Shown: positions 1-12,598, counted from the first letter of the stretch. The stretch: 64,000 nt of DNA from Octopus sinensis (GCF_006345805.1 NC_043010.1:67394001-67458000); one strand, 5' to 3'. Program-made: numbers and translations. Notes: generated by a model not told the origin, from the letters alone.

Positions 1-299
1 TAGATGTTTTACATGTCAATTATCGCAATCTCACTCTTTCTCTCCTAATATGCCCACCTCTGCTCTCTCTCTATCTCTCTCCTATTACTTCCTCCATTTT
101 GCTACTCATTATTGACATTCATAATGGTTTTTGTATTTTTTTTAAAATAATGATTGTTATCAATTGATTATTATTATGTAAAAATGCTTTATTCTCAAAT
201 CCTCAAATGATATCAGTAAATTGCTTCCACTGTACGTTAATAGATATGAATGAATGTATGTGCATATGCATGTATATAATAATAATAACAATAATAATA

Positions 300-349
<50 letters not shown>

Positions 350-565
350 TTAGGGAGTATAACTCCAAACTTACAGGGAAAAATTCAATTTAGTATAAAA
401 TCAAATTTGTTTTTTTACGTATATATTGATCATTCAATTTTATACTTTTCGAGATCTAGTTATATGTTTTATAAAATATATTTTATTTGTTATTCATGTT
501 TTGGTTTATGTCTGTCACAGTTTGAGTTGCATAATAGTGGTTTTATCTCTAATTTATATTTTATA

Positions 566-659
<94 letters not shown>

Positions 660-685
660 ATATATTTATATATTTATATATATAT

Positions 686-1035
686 CGTTGCCAGAGCAGC
701 CAACTGGCTTCTGTACCTGTGGCACGTAAAAGGGCACCATTCGTGCGTGATGGTTACCAACGTCGCTTCACTGGCACCTGTGCCGGTGGGCACGTGTAAA
801 AAGATTCGAGCGAGGTCATTGCCAGTACCGCCTGACTGGCCCCCGTGCAGGTGGCACGTAAAAAGCACCCACTACACTCTCGGAGTGGTTGGCGTTAGGA
901 AGGGCATCCAGCTGTAGAAACTCTGCCAGATCAAGACTGGAGCCTGGTGCAGCCATCTGGTTCGCCAGCCCTCACTCAAAACCATCCAACCCATGCTAGC
1001 ATGGAAAACGGACGTTAAATGATGATGATGATGAT
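686..1035 (+). mobile_element. SINE family B (internal GGCACGTAAAA units, GGAAGGGCATCCAGCTGTAGAAAC block, (GAT)n tail)
   Basis: Same body recurs at 1277-1467(-), 10212-10430(-), 31965-32427(+) and 32925-33140(+). It ends ...GGACGTTAAA(C)GATGATGAT. The central block resembles the V-SINE domain (from memory). Confidence 0.8.
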
Positions 1036-1039
1036 ATAC

Positions 1040-1265
1040 GAGCTGGTAGAAACGTTAGCACGCCGGGCGAAATTCGTAGCAGTATTTCGTCTGTCGTTAC
1101 GTTCCGAGTTCAAATTCCGCCGAGGTCGACTTTCCCTTTCATCCTTTCGGGGTCGATAAATTAAGTACCAGTTACGCACTGGGGTCGATGTAATCGACTT
1201 AATCCCTTTGTCTGTCCTTGTTTGTCCCCTCTATGTTTGGCCCTTTGTGGGTAGTAAAGAAAGAT
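1040..1265 (+). mobile_element. SINE family C (GCCTTTCATCCTTTCGGGGTCGAT core, Meta-domain-like)
   Basis: Box-B-like GTTCAAATTCC head and conserved core. Further copies at about 2175-2395, 16360-16535, 16600-17182, 22315-22465, 23860-24280, 28440-28580, 44614-44848 and 47590-47805. Confidence 0.8.
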
Positions 1266-2879
1266 ATATATATATATCATCATCATCATCATCATCATTT
1301 AGCGTCCGTTTTCCATGCTAGCATGGGTTGGACGGTTCTACTGGGGTCTGTGAAGCCAGAAGGCTTCATCAGGCCCAGTCAAATCTGGCAGTGTTTCTAC
1401 GGCTGGATGCCCTTCCTAACGCCAACCACTCCGTGAGTGTAGTGGGTGCTTTTTACGTGCCACCCGCACACATGCACACATACAAATATGCACACATATG
1501 AGCATATGTGTGTGTGTGTGTGTGTTATTTTATATTGGGCTGTTGAAATACAATGTCTTATTTCAAACACAATGGTTATATTATGTTTGAAATAAGACAA
1601 TTTATGCAGAATTACCATGACTCTAATTCAGCAGATTGACCAGTAATTGGGTCCTTTATTTCCACTCAATGCCGTGAAGGGCACCCATCTAATATGACTT
1701 AGATGTAACGTTACATGAAAGTGAGAACGAAAGGAAGCAAGCTGAGAAAGAAAATAAAACAAAATGCAAAAGGTGAATTATTATAGAATATGATGACCTA
1801 GTTTCAGTGTTGTCAAAAACATTATAATTATGCAACATATGTTTATTCTGACCTATTCTGTAGAATGTATAAATATATCGAAACAGATTCTATTACTTAA
1901 CTCTTTGAGTGCTTCTCACTGGAACAGCTTAGCATGCCGAAGAAGTAGAGCTTGTCCTACAAAACTGTATTTCTGTTTCACACACTTAAAAATGTATTAA
2001 TCTACAGAATGGCTTACTTCAGTTCTCTTCTCTAAAGTCATCATAATTAGAAGCCATTGATTGGGCTGGTTTTCTGTGTTTTGTATCTCAATTGACACAT
2101 TTAATATTTCTATTTTGGTGGTGATGGTGAGAGATTAGTGAAATATTACGGTGATGTTGGTTTCACCTAATTATACTGGTTTCGAATTTTGGTACAAAGC
2201 CAGTAATTTCAGGGGAGGGGTGGGGGTTAGTTGATTGCATTGACCCCAGTGCTCAACTGGTACTTATTTTATCAACCCCAAAAGGATGAAAGGCAAAGTT
2301 GACCTTGACGGAATTTGAACTCAAAACGTGATGATGGATGAAAATGCTGCTAAGCATTTTGCCTAGCATGCTAATGATTCTGCCAGCTCACTTTCTTTCA
2401 CCTAATAATATTACTGGTATTCTTTACTTCAGAAAGCCAGCAGGGTAAAGAAAAGAACATTTTTATATGAACTGGTCAAGAAGCAGACTGAGCCAACAAA
2501 CAAAGCACTGGATGGTAATTTGATTTGCTAGAAATAGCAACCAACTCCTTCACATCACGTCCTGCCATATTAAGAAAGGACATTCTATAATATAGTACAA
2601 TATGTCTTACACCAAGAGTGGACTGAGAGTATTAAGGGCCCTCGGGCATAACTGTTTACTGGGCCCCTTATCATGTAGAGTTAACATATAGAGTGTGGGC
2701 CCCTCAGAGCTCTGGGCTCTTGGGCAGTGTCCAGTTGACTGATGGCGCAAAAAAACAAAACAAAACGGATGATCATAGCTGGAATACCTTTAAATTATTG
2801 GCCAGCTAGATCAAGGCTGACTTGGAACTAAACAACAGTAATGGTGGGTACAACAGAGATACATACATACATACATACA

Positions 2880-2910
<31 letters not shown>

Positions 2911-3606
2911 TATGTATGTTTTGGACTCATGACACTTTTGCATAATAGCAATGACGTGTGTGTGTGTGTTGTTGTTGTTGTTGTTGCTATTATGCAAAAG
3001 TGTCATAAATCCAAAACATTGCTTCTTCAGAAAACAAAAAAAATTGTTTCACCATTCCATAGCAAAACTGTTGTACTACATTTTGACAATTTTTGATATC
3101 TTGGCATCTGAAGCAGCTGGAGATACGATTGTTTGATCAAAAGAACCAGCTATTGCAAGCAAAAATAAATATTGACAAAAAAAACACATTTCACCAAATT
3201 TGGACATAATAGCAACGATATATATATGACAGGCTCCTTTCAGTTTCCATCTACCAAATCCACTCACAAGGCTTTGGTTGGCCTGAGGCTATAGAAGACA
3301 CTCACCCAAGGTGCCACACAGTAGGACTGAACCCAGAACCATGTGATTCGAAAGCTAGCTTTTTACCACACAGTCACATTTTTTTTAACAAATCATGCTT
3401 TATCACATAGCTTTGAGATTTCGATGATGTGATTGTTTATTTTTCAAAATGATGTTGTAGGATAGGTATGAGAGGTCATCCCTTGCTAGTGTGAACATAA
3501 AGTAGGTAGAACATTTGGGCTTGAGCACAAATGTTTTACATAACATAAAGCTGTTGCCCCCAACTGGACACTGGGTGTCTTAAATAAAATCTATTATGTT
3601 GCAAGC

Positions 3607-3853
3607 ATTCAAGCTAGGTTTTTGGTCTTTCCTCTCTTCTTTCTACTAATCTTAGAATCCCTACAAAAGAGTCCCAGGAACTTCCCTCTCCCTCTTATTA
3701 AACCATAAACAATACAGAATTACTTTGAGGGATTTATTCAAGCTAGGTTTTTGGTCTTCCCTTTTTTCTTTCTACTAATCTTAGAATCCCTACAAAAGAG
3801 TCCCAGGAACTTCCCTCTCCCTCTTACTAAACAATACAGAATCACTTTGAGGG
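3607..3853. repeat. 129-bp direct tandem duplication
   Basis: ATTCAAGCTAGGTTTTTGGTC...CACTTTGAGGG starts at 3607 and again at 3736, with few differences. Confidence 0.9.
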
Positions 3854-4648
3854 GTTTTAATTTTGACAAATTGTGTGCAAGAGGCCAAATTGTCCAAGCT
3901 GTTGTCCATTCATTCAGGTCACCGAATATATGTTGCTATACAATATGACATAACAGTCCAATGAACAAACAGGGAATCTCAATCCAGATTGCTATAATTC
4001 CATACTTAGATAAAATGCAATAAAGAATTTATATGTAAGGGAAATGCTATCCATTTATACAGCTAAAAGGAATTTATATTATATGTTGCTTATGAAAGAT
4101 ATATGATAAAAATAAATATCAAATGGCTCCTAAACCCTAAAGGTTTTTCAGAACTGATACTTGGTTCTGGTTTCATGGCATGTGTGACAAAAGAGATAAC
4201 TATTGATCTGGATACTATGCTGGCCTGTCTTAGTTGATATTGATGTCTAAAAATAGCAGAAAGCCACAAATTTTGGGTGATATTTACAGTCGATGTTTTA
4301 TAGGAATGTTAAATCATTCCAAGTACTTACTGGTATTTCATTTTATCAACTCCAAAAGATTAAAGATTAAAGATTAAAGGCAAGGTTGATCTCAGTTGGA
4401 TTTGATCTCAGAATGTAAAAGATTGTAACTAAATATTCTTTTTTTCATTTTTTTATTCGTTGCAGTCATTCTGGAGCACTACCTTTGGTTGAACAACCCT
4501 AACCCAGGACTTATTCTTTGTAAGCTCAGTACTTATTCTATCGGTATCTTTTGCCAAACTGCTTAGTTACGGAAATGTAAACACACCAACATCAGTTTTC
4601 AAGCAATGGTGGTGGTGGTGGTGGTGGGGAGGACAAACACAGACACAC

Positions 4649-4681
<33 letters not shown>

Positions 4682-5269
4682 ACTTAGTAGCTTCTAAGTG
4701 GAAGGAAAGGCAACAATGTTCTTTGTCTATCTCCTTGACTTCTTGGAGATTCTAGGCAAAATTATACTAATGTGTCCATCTGTTTTAATTTAATTAAATT
4801 CTATGTTTTGTGCAGCTGAGGATTGCTCTGCATTAAAATTGATGTAATGATTGCATTGTTCAATTAAATGGAGTGACGTGAAACAATAGTACTGCATTAC
4901 CTCTGGATATCCTTATTGTTTATTTTGATTATATCTATATAATATATATATATATATATAAAAGTGAATTCAATTAGAGGTTATAAAAACCATCTAAGGG
5001 ATATTTATATCCAATGAATTACTGGTGTGTAACCTATATGAGATTATGAGTATTAGTATTAATGCTCATAAATGATAGCTAAGGAAAAGAATGAACCAAA
5101 GTTTATATTTAAGGAAAAATAAGAAAATGGAGATAAAATTGATAATTGATAAACATCAACTATTATTTATTGATTACAAAAAAAGACAGTATCTCATTTA
5201 TTGTCTTTTCGGTGATCAATAAATGATAACTGGTGTGTTTATCAATTATATCTCCATTTTCTTATTTTT

Positions 5270-5314
<45 letters not shown>

Positions 5315-5317
<3 letters not shown>

Positions 5318-5825
5318 TATATATACTTTATTTAAAGCACCAGAAAATTCAACAAAACCTGTTATATATATATATATAACATAAAAATGGAACAAAAACA
5401 CAATAAAGGGCATTAAAACCTTCTGACAGATAGACGATACATAGGTGGACAAGCTAAATAATTAGAAGGACAGGCAAAAAAAAAGAAGGGTCATTCTTGG
5501 CTTTCTTTCATAAGTCAAGTCCCAGAAATCACGACCATTTCAGGCAGTTACACTTGAGATGGTTCGATCTGGTTACTCCCAAAAAAGTCTAAGCTAAGAG
5601 CATTAGACCCCTTTGTAAGAAAGCTAGTGAATGTGTACGGTAACAAAGACAAAAAAACAAACAAAAAGTGGAGAACATGGTACACAATTACAAATACAAA
5701 CAAGAAATAACAACTGGTGTCTTTCGACTGAGAATGAATCAAATGGAGCTGGCATGTATGAAGTGAAAGCCTAAAGGCAGGAACATGGGAGATGGACACA
5801 AGTGGTGTTGGTGGTCAGCAGTCAG
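5315..5825. mobile_element. Cluster of Penelope-like element terminal remnants
   Basis: Begins with TTTATTTAAAGCACCAGAAAATTCAACAAAACCTGTT, shared with the 12362 fold-back, next to (TA)n. Confidence 0.45.
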
Positions 5826-6726
5826 TCCAAGAAAGAAACATCATGGCTGGTTGGACACCGATCACATGGAAGGAGGAGAAATAGGTAGGAGACAGCTGGA
5901 TTGAAGGACTAGAAAAAAATCAGAGACAGAGAGAAAGGTACAGGGCAGATAAACGAGTGGGAAATAGTAGGAGTTAAATATATATATAAATATACAATAG
6001 GCTTCTTTCAGTTTCCATCTACCAATCCACTCACAAAGCTTCAGTCAGCTTGAGGCTATAGTAGAAGACACTTGCCCAAAGTGTCATGCAGTGGGACTGA
6101 ACCCAGAACGATGTGGTTGGGAAGCAAGCTTCTTACCACACAGCCACTCCTGCATGTATTTCAACCAATAACTCATGATCAGGCCGATCCTCCTTCTTTA
6201 AATTACATAGATGAGAACACAAAGCATGCTTCTGAGTAAACATCCCATGTGATTCATCAAGTTGACCTCAACAAGATTTGATCTCAGAATCTTAAGGATT
6301 GTACCTAAGTACTTCAGACATTTCATCTAACTACTTATGACTTGGCTGATCTGATCCACCACCTAACCTATTAAACATAATTTATATTCATATTTACATG
6401 AAAATATTTTCTTAAAATAATGTAGATCAGTACACAAAGAGTGTTTCTGAGAGAATTTTCCGTGTGATTCATCAAAGAATTCTCAACAAAATATCCAAGT
6501 ATGACACATAAAAGGCATATTGATAAAAAAATATGTGAAATGGAGTGAATCATAGAACTTTCACCGAAATATCTGAAAAACAACCTTTAAAGTTATGTCT
6601 AAACTATCTCACATGTAGTTATATAGTATGTTGGGGTTTTTTTTTTTTTATTATTTTTTTATTTTTTTGTAAATAAATGAGATAGTTTCCATTACTTTCC
6701 AGGTCAAAGGTGATTTATAACTTATA

Positions 6727-7047
6727 ATAGTAAAAAGAAATAGGGCGGGAGGGGGGGGGAGAAGGAAGACAGAAAAAAGAAAAAAAAATGAGGAGGAAGA
6801 AAAAAGAATAAAAAAGAGAAAGGCGAGAGGAAATAAGAAGAAAGTGAAAAAGAAAAAAGAAAGTAAAAGAAGAGAAAGGAAAATATAAAAGAAGAGAAGG
6901 TAAAGAAAAAGGAAGCAGAAAAAAATCAAAGAATATTTGAAGTAAACAGACACAGGGAAAAGAAAGAGAGAAGAAAATAAGAAGGCTGGAGGAGGAGAAG
7001 GACAAAGAAGAAGAAGAAGAAGAAGGAAGAAGAAGAAGAAGAAGAAG

Positions 7048-7079
<32 letters not shown>

Positions 7080-7560
7080 GTGGAGGAGGAGGTGAAGGAG
7101 GAGGAGAAGAAGAACAACAACAACAGTGGAGAAGGAGAAGAAGAAGAAAGAAGAAGAGAAGAAGAAAAGAAGGAAAGAAGAAAGAAAAAAGAAGAAGAAG
7201 AGGAGGAAGGAGGAAGGGAGGAGGAGGCGGAGGAGGAAGAAGAGAAAAAAGAGAAAAAAAGAGGAGGAGGAGGAGGTAGAAGAAGAACAACAACAACAGT
7301 GGAGGAGGAGGAGGAGGAGTAGGAGAAGAACAACAACAACAGTGGAGAAGAAGAAGAAGAGGAGGAGGAGGAGGGAGTGGGAGAAGAAGAAGAAGAAGAA
7401 GAAGAAAAAGAACATCAACAACAACAACAAAGGTGGAGGAGGAGGAGGAGGAGGAGGAGGAGGAGGAGAAGAAGAAGAAGAAGAAGAAGAAGAAGAAGAA
7501 GAAGAAAGGAGGAGAAGGAGGAGGAGGAAGACGACGATGGTGAAGAAGAAGATGAGTGAG
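6727..7560 (+). repeat. About 830-bp polypurine GAA/GGA tract with recurrent (AAC)n-AGTGGAG modules
   Basis: Nearly pure A/G on the + strand. AACAACAACAGTGGAG occurs 4 times plus one variant. Source of the poly-E/K/F ORFs. Confidence 0.95.
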
Positions 7561-8178
7561 AGCAGCAGAGAGATCTCTCCAAGAAATTGTTTTACATGTA
7601 GTTAGACCGGTGGAGGACATTGAAGAAGCAATGATTAAGTGATAAATATATTGAATCACATGCAAATAACTATCCCTGTAAGGAGATTTCACCAAGTCTA
7701 TATATATATATATTGGTGTGTGTGTGTATGTATGTATATATATATATATAGATAGATATACCAATATATATGTATATATTATATATATATTATATATATA
7801 TATATATTATATATATTATATATATATATTATATATATGTATATATATATATAAGCTGTGAAACAGTGCGTCAATAATATATTTGCCTAACCCCTGCTGG
7901 TATGGAAAAGCGGATGTAAAGATGAATGAGCAAAAAATGAGTAAACAAATAATACATATGCACACACACACACAAACACACATACACACACACTTATATA
8001 CACATGTATAAATGCAGGCACAGTTGTGTAGTTAAAAAGTTCCCTTCCCAACGAAATGGTTTTAAGTTCAGACCAGTGAGCAGTGCTGTGGGCTTGTTTG
8101 TCCTTGTACATCCTGGGGCCAACCAAAGATTGGTTAGTGGGTGTGGCAGACGGAACTGAAAGAAACTGATATATATAT

Positions 8179-8423
8179 ATATAAATAAATGAAAGAATGG
8201 AGTTGAATGACGATTTAACAAAATTCCTTTATTCTCGACATATGTTTCGAAGACTGCATATTCCTAATTTCGAAGGAATAAGGGGTGCATTATGCTGCCT
8301 TCTCATCAGGAAAGACAAGGAACTTATGTCGAAATTAGGAATATGCAGTCTTCAAAACATATGTCGAGAATAAAGGAATTTTGTTAAATCGTCATTCAAC
8401 TCCATTCTTTCATTTATTTGTAT
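8179..8423. mobile_element. Penelope-like terminus folded back as an inverted repeat of about 95 bp
   Basis: 8179-8273 is the reverse complement of 8329-8423 with about 2 mismatches. It abuts (TA)n and carries a hammerhead motif. Confidence 0.75.
8233..8313 (-). ncRNA. Type I hammerhead ribozyme motif with canonical core
   Basis: Minus strand reads TTTC-CTGATGA-GAAGGCAGCATA...TATGCAGTCTTC-GAAAC-ATAT-GTC-GAGA. Stem I TTTC/GAGA, long stem II closed by G-C, palindromic ACATATGT stem III, GUC triplet. Confidence 0.75.
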
Positions 8424-8567
8424 TAAAAAAAAACACAAATTTCCACACGAAAGCACGTGATCTCTGCCCTTGGCATGTAGCTTCAATCGTGTTTTTCTGA
8501 TGTGAATTTGCTACCCAGGTATCGGTTAACCGAATTATCCATACTAGGATAATTCATTCAACTACTT

Positions 8568-8601
<34 letters not shown>

Positions 8602-8615
8602 CACACACATACATA

Positions 8616-9362
8616 CAGGGTACAGTAAATATATTGTTGTCTAAATTATGCAAAAATGAAAATATCACTGACATTTCATTTTAACAGATATATTTACCAA
8701 AATTACATAAAAATATTTTGAAATACTAAAGAGTAAATTTATTTACTAAAATCGCCATTGGCTTCAGCCACAGCCTCCAGATGACTTTGGAATCTCCTGC
8801 AACTCTTCTGGACGGTCTCCTTGTTTAAGTTTTTGAATGCTTCCATAATCCTTGCCTTCAGTTCATCTTTGATGTTACAAGAAGTTTTGTTGCTTTTTTT
8901 ATTGCTCTCTTGCTCCACTGCATGCAACACATAATAATTAAGGGGGTTGCAGTCTGGGAAGTTAAGTGGCCAGATGTTAGGGTGATGTGGTTGCAAAAAT
9001 TGTCTGACAGCCACAACTGGGTTCTCCTGCTTGTGTGACATGGTGCAGAGTCTTGTTGCCAGTCCGAGGATCTTCCAGCAGCCACCCTCTTGACCCAGGG
9101 CAGCACTACCTCCTTGAGGCATTTGATGTAGGCCTCTGTATTGAGTCTGAATGGAGGCATAACATTGCCATCACTAGTGATCACTCCAAACACCATGATA
9201 TTGACTGGAAGTTTAATTTTTATCACTCTCAGTACATGTCCTCAGATTGACACTCAAACACTCTAAAATGTTCTAATTTGAAGCTTCCAGTATGAATGCC
9301 AAGCAGTACAGCATGTCATTTCCAAATTCCTGGCAGAGTGAATTGTACCATAGTGCTGTTTT
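8616..9362 (-). mobile_element. Internally deleted Tc1/mariner DD37D (maT-type) transposon, transposase pseudogene
   Basis: Frames give VMVFGVITSDG-like, WQQDSAPCHT and WPLNFPDCNPL(N)YY, with 37 residues between the 2nd and 3rd catalytic positions across a frameshift. An N-terminal HAVLLGI fragment lies near 9310. The end TA|CAGGGT is at 8616. Confidence 0.85.
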
Positions 9363-9634
9363 TCTCACAGACTATACATACATACATACATACATACATA
9401 CATACATACATACATACATACATACATACATACATACACACATACATATACACATACATACACATACATACATACACACATACATATACACATACATATA
9501 CACATACATACATACATACATACATACATACATACATGCACACATATACATACACACACATACATACATACACACACATACATACATACACATACATACG
9601 TATATATACATACATACATACATACATATATATA

Positions 9635-9860
9635 CAGGGTGCGATGGGTAAATTGTTGCCATTTTATATTCTTAATTTCCCTCATGCACATTGTTTGTTT
9701 TTTATTTTGTCAACTGCACAGTATAGCGGGCCTCAGACTGACCCTACTATACTGTGTAGTTAACAAAATCAAAAACAAACTATCCATCTACGCACGTGTT
9801 TAGGGCATCAAGGGAAGGGAAGCACCACAAAACTCGTAAATGGTTTATGGCACAAAAGAA
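9635..9860. mobile_element. Second CAGGGT-ended mariner-like terminal fragment
   Basis: TA|CAGGGTG...AAATTGTTG resembles the 8616 end in the same orientation. No partner TIR was seen. Confidence 0.4.
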
Positions 9861-10885
9861 ATCACTTTAAACTTGTTAAAACAATATTTGAGCTACCTTA
9901 TCACTACTAAGTATAGAAGCAGATGTGTTACGTAAGATTAATGCTGAGGATCCGATCAAAGACTTTGCAATTAAAGAAAAATTTTCAAATATAAATAAAG
10001 TGGAAATATACAAAAATAAACATTATTTTCCATCTTACTGTTAGTTTTGTTTCATCTTGAAAACTGGAAATATATTTTATGGTCTATTGCTGCTTATATT
10101 TTGAATTACACTTATAGGGGGGCACCAAAATCTTTTAAGTGCTAAGGGCCTCTATGTGTCTTAATCTGGCTCTGGAGCCAATGACTTATTGGCTGTTATC
10201 ATGAGATAATCATCATCATCATCGTTTAACGTCCACTTTCCATGCTAGTATGGGTTGGACGGTTCAACTGGGGTCTGGGAAGCCCGAAGGCTGCACCAGG
10301 CCAGTCAGATCTGGCAGTGTTTCTACAGCTGGATGCCCTTCCTAATGCCAACCACTCCGTGAGTGTAGTGGTGCTTTTTATGTGCCACCGACACAGGTGC
10401 CAGACGAGGCTGGCGAACGGCCATGCTCGGATGGTGTTTTTTATAATGGTTGGCATAAATAATAGGTGGAGCACCTGTTCTTTCTATGCAATTTCTTCCT
10501 GGTTGCGATGAAACCATCAATGGGAATGATGGTGGTTTTTGTCGAATGACCTTCGTTTCTTTGATATATTGAATTAAATGTGTGAGTCATTCTCCAGGGA
10601 ATGTTGTTTTTTGTCTCGTTGGTGTCATTGATTTTTGTTTTATGTATTGGATTTTGTACTCAGTTGCTGGGTACACTGTGTGTGTGTGTGTGTGTGTGTA
10701 TATATCTACATATATGTGTATGTGTGACTGCATGTACACATGTATGTGTACATACACACACGTAATATATGTATGTATACATATATACAAACACGCACAC
10801 ATATGTATACATGTATTATATATGTATGTACGAATGTATCCATGGATATGCATGTGTACATACATACATACATACATACATACAT

Positions 10886-10928
<43 letters not shown>

Positions 10929-10939
10929 TCTAAAATAGT

Positions 10940-11150
10940 AAATCCAAGAAGAACAAAGAACAAACACAAGAAAAAACAACAATACGAGGACGTGGTACAT
11001 GCAAAGTACTAGCAGATACTCAGGGAAGGAAGGAAAGGTAGTTTTTACATTTCGAGCAAAGCTCTTCGTCAGAAACAGGAGACAGAGGAAAGTCCAAGAG
11101 AAATGGGAGATGGAGGAAAAAAATCGCCAATGATCCACTTGTGGTAACAT
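10940..11150 (-). mobile_element. Penelope-like terminus (family with copies at 13455-13660 and 58670-58870), carrying a minimal hammerhead motif
   Basis: Three homologous segments of about 200 bp, each beside (TA)n. The minus strand at 11041-11076 reads GTTT-CTGACGA-A-GAGC-TTT-GCTC-GAAAT-GTA-AAAAC. Confidence 0.7.
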
Positions 11151-11175
11151 TTTGATATATATATATATATATATA

Positions 11176-11392
11176 TGAAGGGGTGCTGAAAAGTTCCTGG
11201 CTTTGGGTAAAAGAAAACACAAGAGGATCAGTTAATTATGATATTATTCAACATATTCCCCTTTCAGATTCACACACTTATTGCAGCAGTCCTTCAGTTT
11301 TTCTAAACCCTACAAAAGAACTTGTAAGGTTGGGCCTCCAACCAGGACTTTTGTGATAACTTTAAAGCCTGGAACTCTTCAGCACTCCCTCG
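11176..11392. mobile_element. mariner-derived MITE
   Basis: TIRs of about 28 bp (GGGGTGCTGAAAAGTTCCTGGCTTT / AAAGCCTGGAACTCTTCAGCACTCCCTCG) flanked by TA. Confidence 0.8.
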
Positions 11393-11494
11393 TATATGTA
11401 TGCATGTATGTATGTGTGTGTGTATGTGTACAAATGCATAGATGGATAAGTATGCATGCATGTATATACATGTATAGATTGTCAAACTACTCTG

Positions 11495-11903
11495 TTACTC
11501 TTTTACTTATTTCAGTCATTTGACTGTGGCCATGCTAGAGCACCACCTTTAGTCGAGCAAATCAACCCCAGGACTTATTCTTTGTAAGCCTGGTACTTAT
11601 TCTATCAGTCACTTTTGCCGAACTGCTAAGTTACGGGGACATAAACACACCAGCATTGGTTATCAAGTGACGTTGGGGGGACAAACACAGACGCACAAAC
11701 ATATACACACACATACACGTACATGTATATACATATATACAACGGGCTTCTTTCAGTTTCCATCAACCAAATCCTCTCACAAGGCTTTGGTTGGGCCGAG
11801 GCTATAGTAGAAGACACTTGCCCAAGGTGCCACACAGTGGAACTGAACCCGGAACCATGTGGTTGGTAAGCAAGCTACTTACCACACAGCCACTCCTTTG
11901 CCT
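11495..11903 (-). mobile_element. SINE family A, full length (tRNA-like head, internal CA/TA microsatellite, AAAAGAGT tail)
   Basis: Head has A/B-box-like GGCTGTGTGGTAAG and GGTTCAGTNCC. The body is shared with more than 20 copies in the window. Confidence 0.9.
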
Positions 11904-12361
11904 ATGTATTAGTGTGTAAACTCTATAATACATTGCTTATTCATGCTAGTCATATGAATTCAAAGAATAATCTATGTCACTAAGGATGTAACATATTTTA
12001 AAACAAAGAAAATCATACAGAATTGTAGTTTCCTTCAAGTATAGATTTTATAGTTGGTTCGAATCATTGAGATTCAGAACAAGTTGCCAGATTGATTTTA
12101 TAGCGATTACATCTTTGAATTTCTGTAGCATTGAGAAAATGAAAAGAAAATCTTTGGCGTGAAAATTTCCTTAGTTTCAGCAAATGAAGGAGTCCTTTGT
12201 GAAGTTGAAGCCAAATGATCTTCAAATCACAGCCTACTCTTATAAAAGAATACATTTGAAATTATGGCCCTATCTATATATATATATATACCGGAGTAAA
12301 CACATAAATGCGAAACAAGGTGGAAAAAATAGTACTCAAATACCAGTGGTAGAGTAGTATG

Positions 12362-12558
12362 CTTTATTTAAAGCAGCAGAAAATTCAACAAAACCTGTTA
12401 CTCTGAGTTTCCCGTTGCCGTTCGTCGGACAGTTTTTGCTAGACTCAGTCTGGATAGAATTGACATATCGGTTCTATTCTAGCAAAAACTGTCCGACGAA
12501 CGGCAACGGGAAACTCAGAGTAACAGGTTTTATTGAATTTTCTGCTGCTTTAAATAAA

Positions 12559-12559
<1 letters not shown>
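12362..12559. mobile_element. Penelope-like terminus as an 82-bp fold-back with a hammerhead-like motif in each arm
   Basis: 12362-12443 and 12478-12559 are reverse complements with 1 mismatch. 12489-12526 reads CTGT-CCGACGA-ACG-GCAA-CGG-GAAAC-TCAGA-GTA-ACAG. Confidence 0.7.

Positions 12560-12594
<35 letters not shown>

Positions 12595-12598
<4 letters not shown>

Noticed and set aside
254-917. Long ORFs of 163-181 aa
   Set aside because: They translate (AAT)n and (AT)n microsatellites plus a SINE; not coding.
2433-2514. Plus-strand exon candidate KASRVKKRTFLYELVKKQTEPTNKALD
   Set aside because: It has AG/GT borders, but no partner exons were found and the donor overlaps a recurrent degenerate repeat (GCTAGAAATAGCA); chance is plausible.
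6651-7764. ORFs of 259 and 349 aa and the opposite-strand poly-E/K ORFs
   Set aside because: They are stop-free only because of the trinucleotide purine tract; no start or splice support.
11740-11903. tRNA genes in SINE heads
   Set aside because: Only A/B-box-like remnants are present, with no complete cloverleaf, and they are always fused to SINE bodies.
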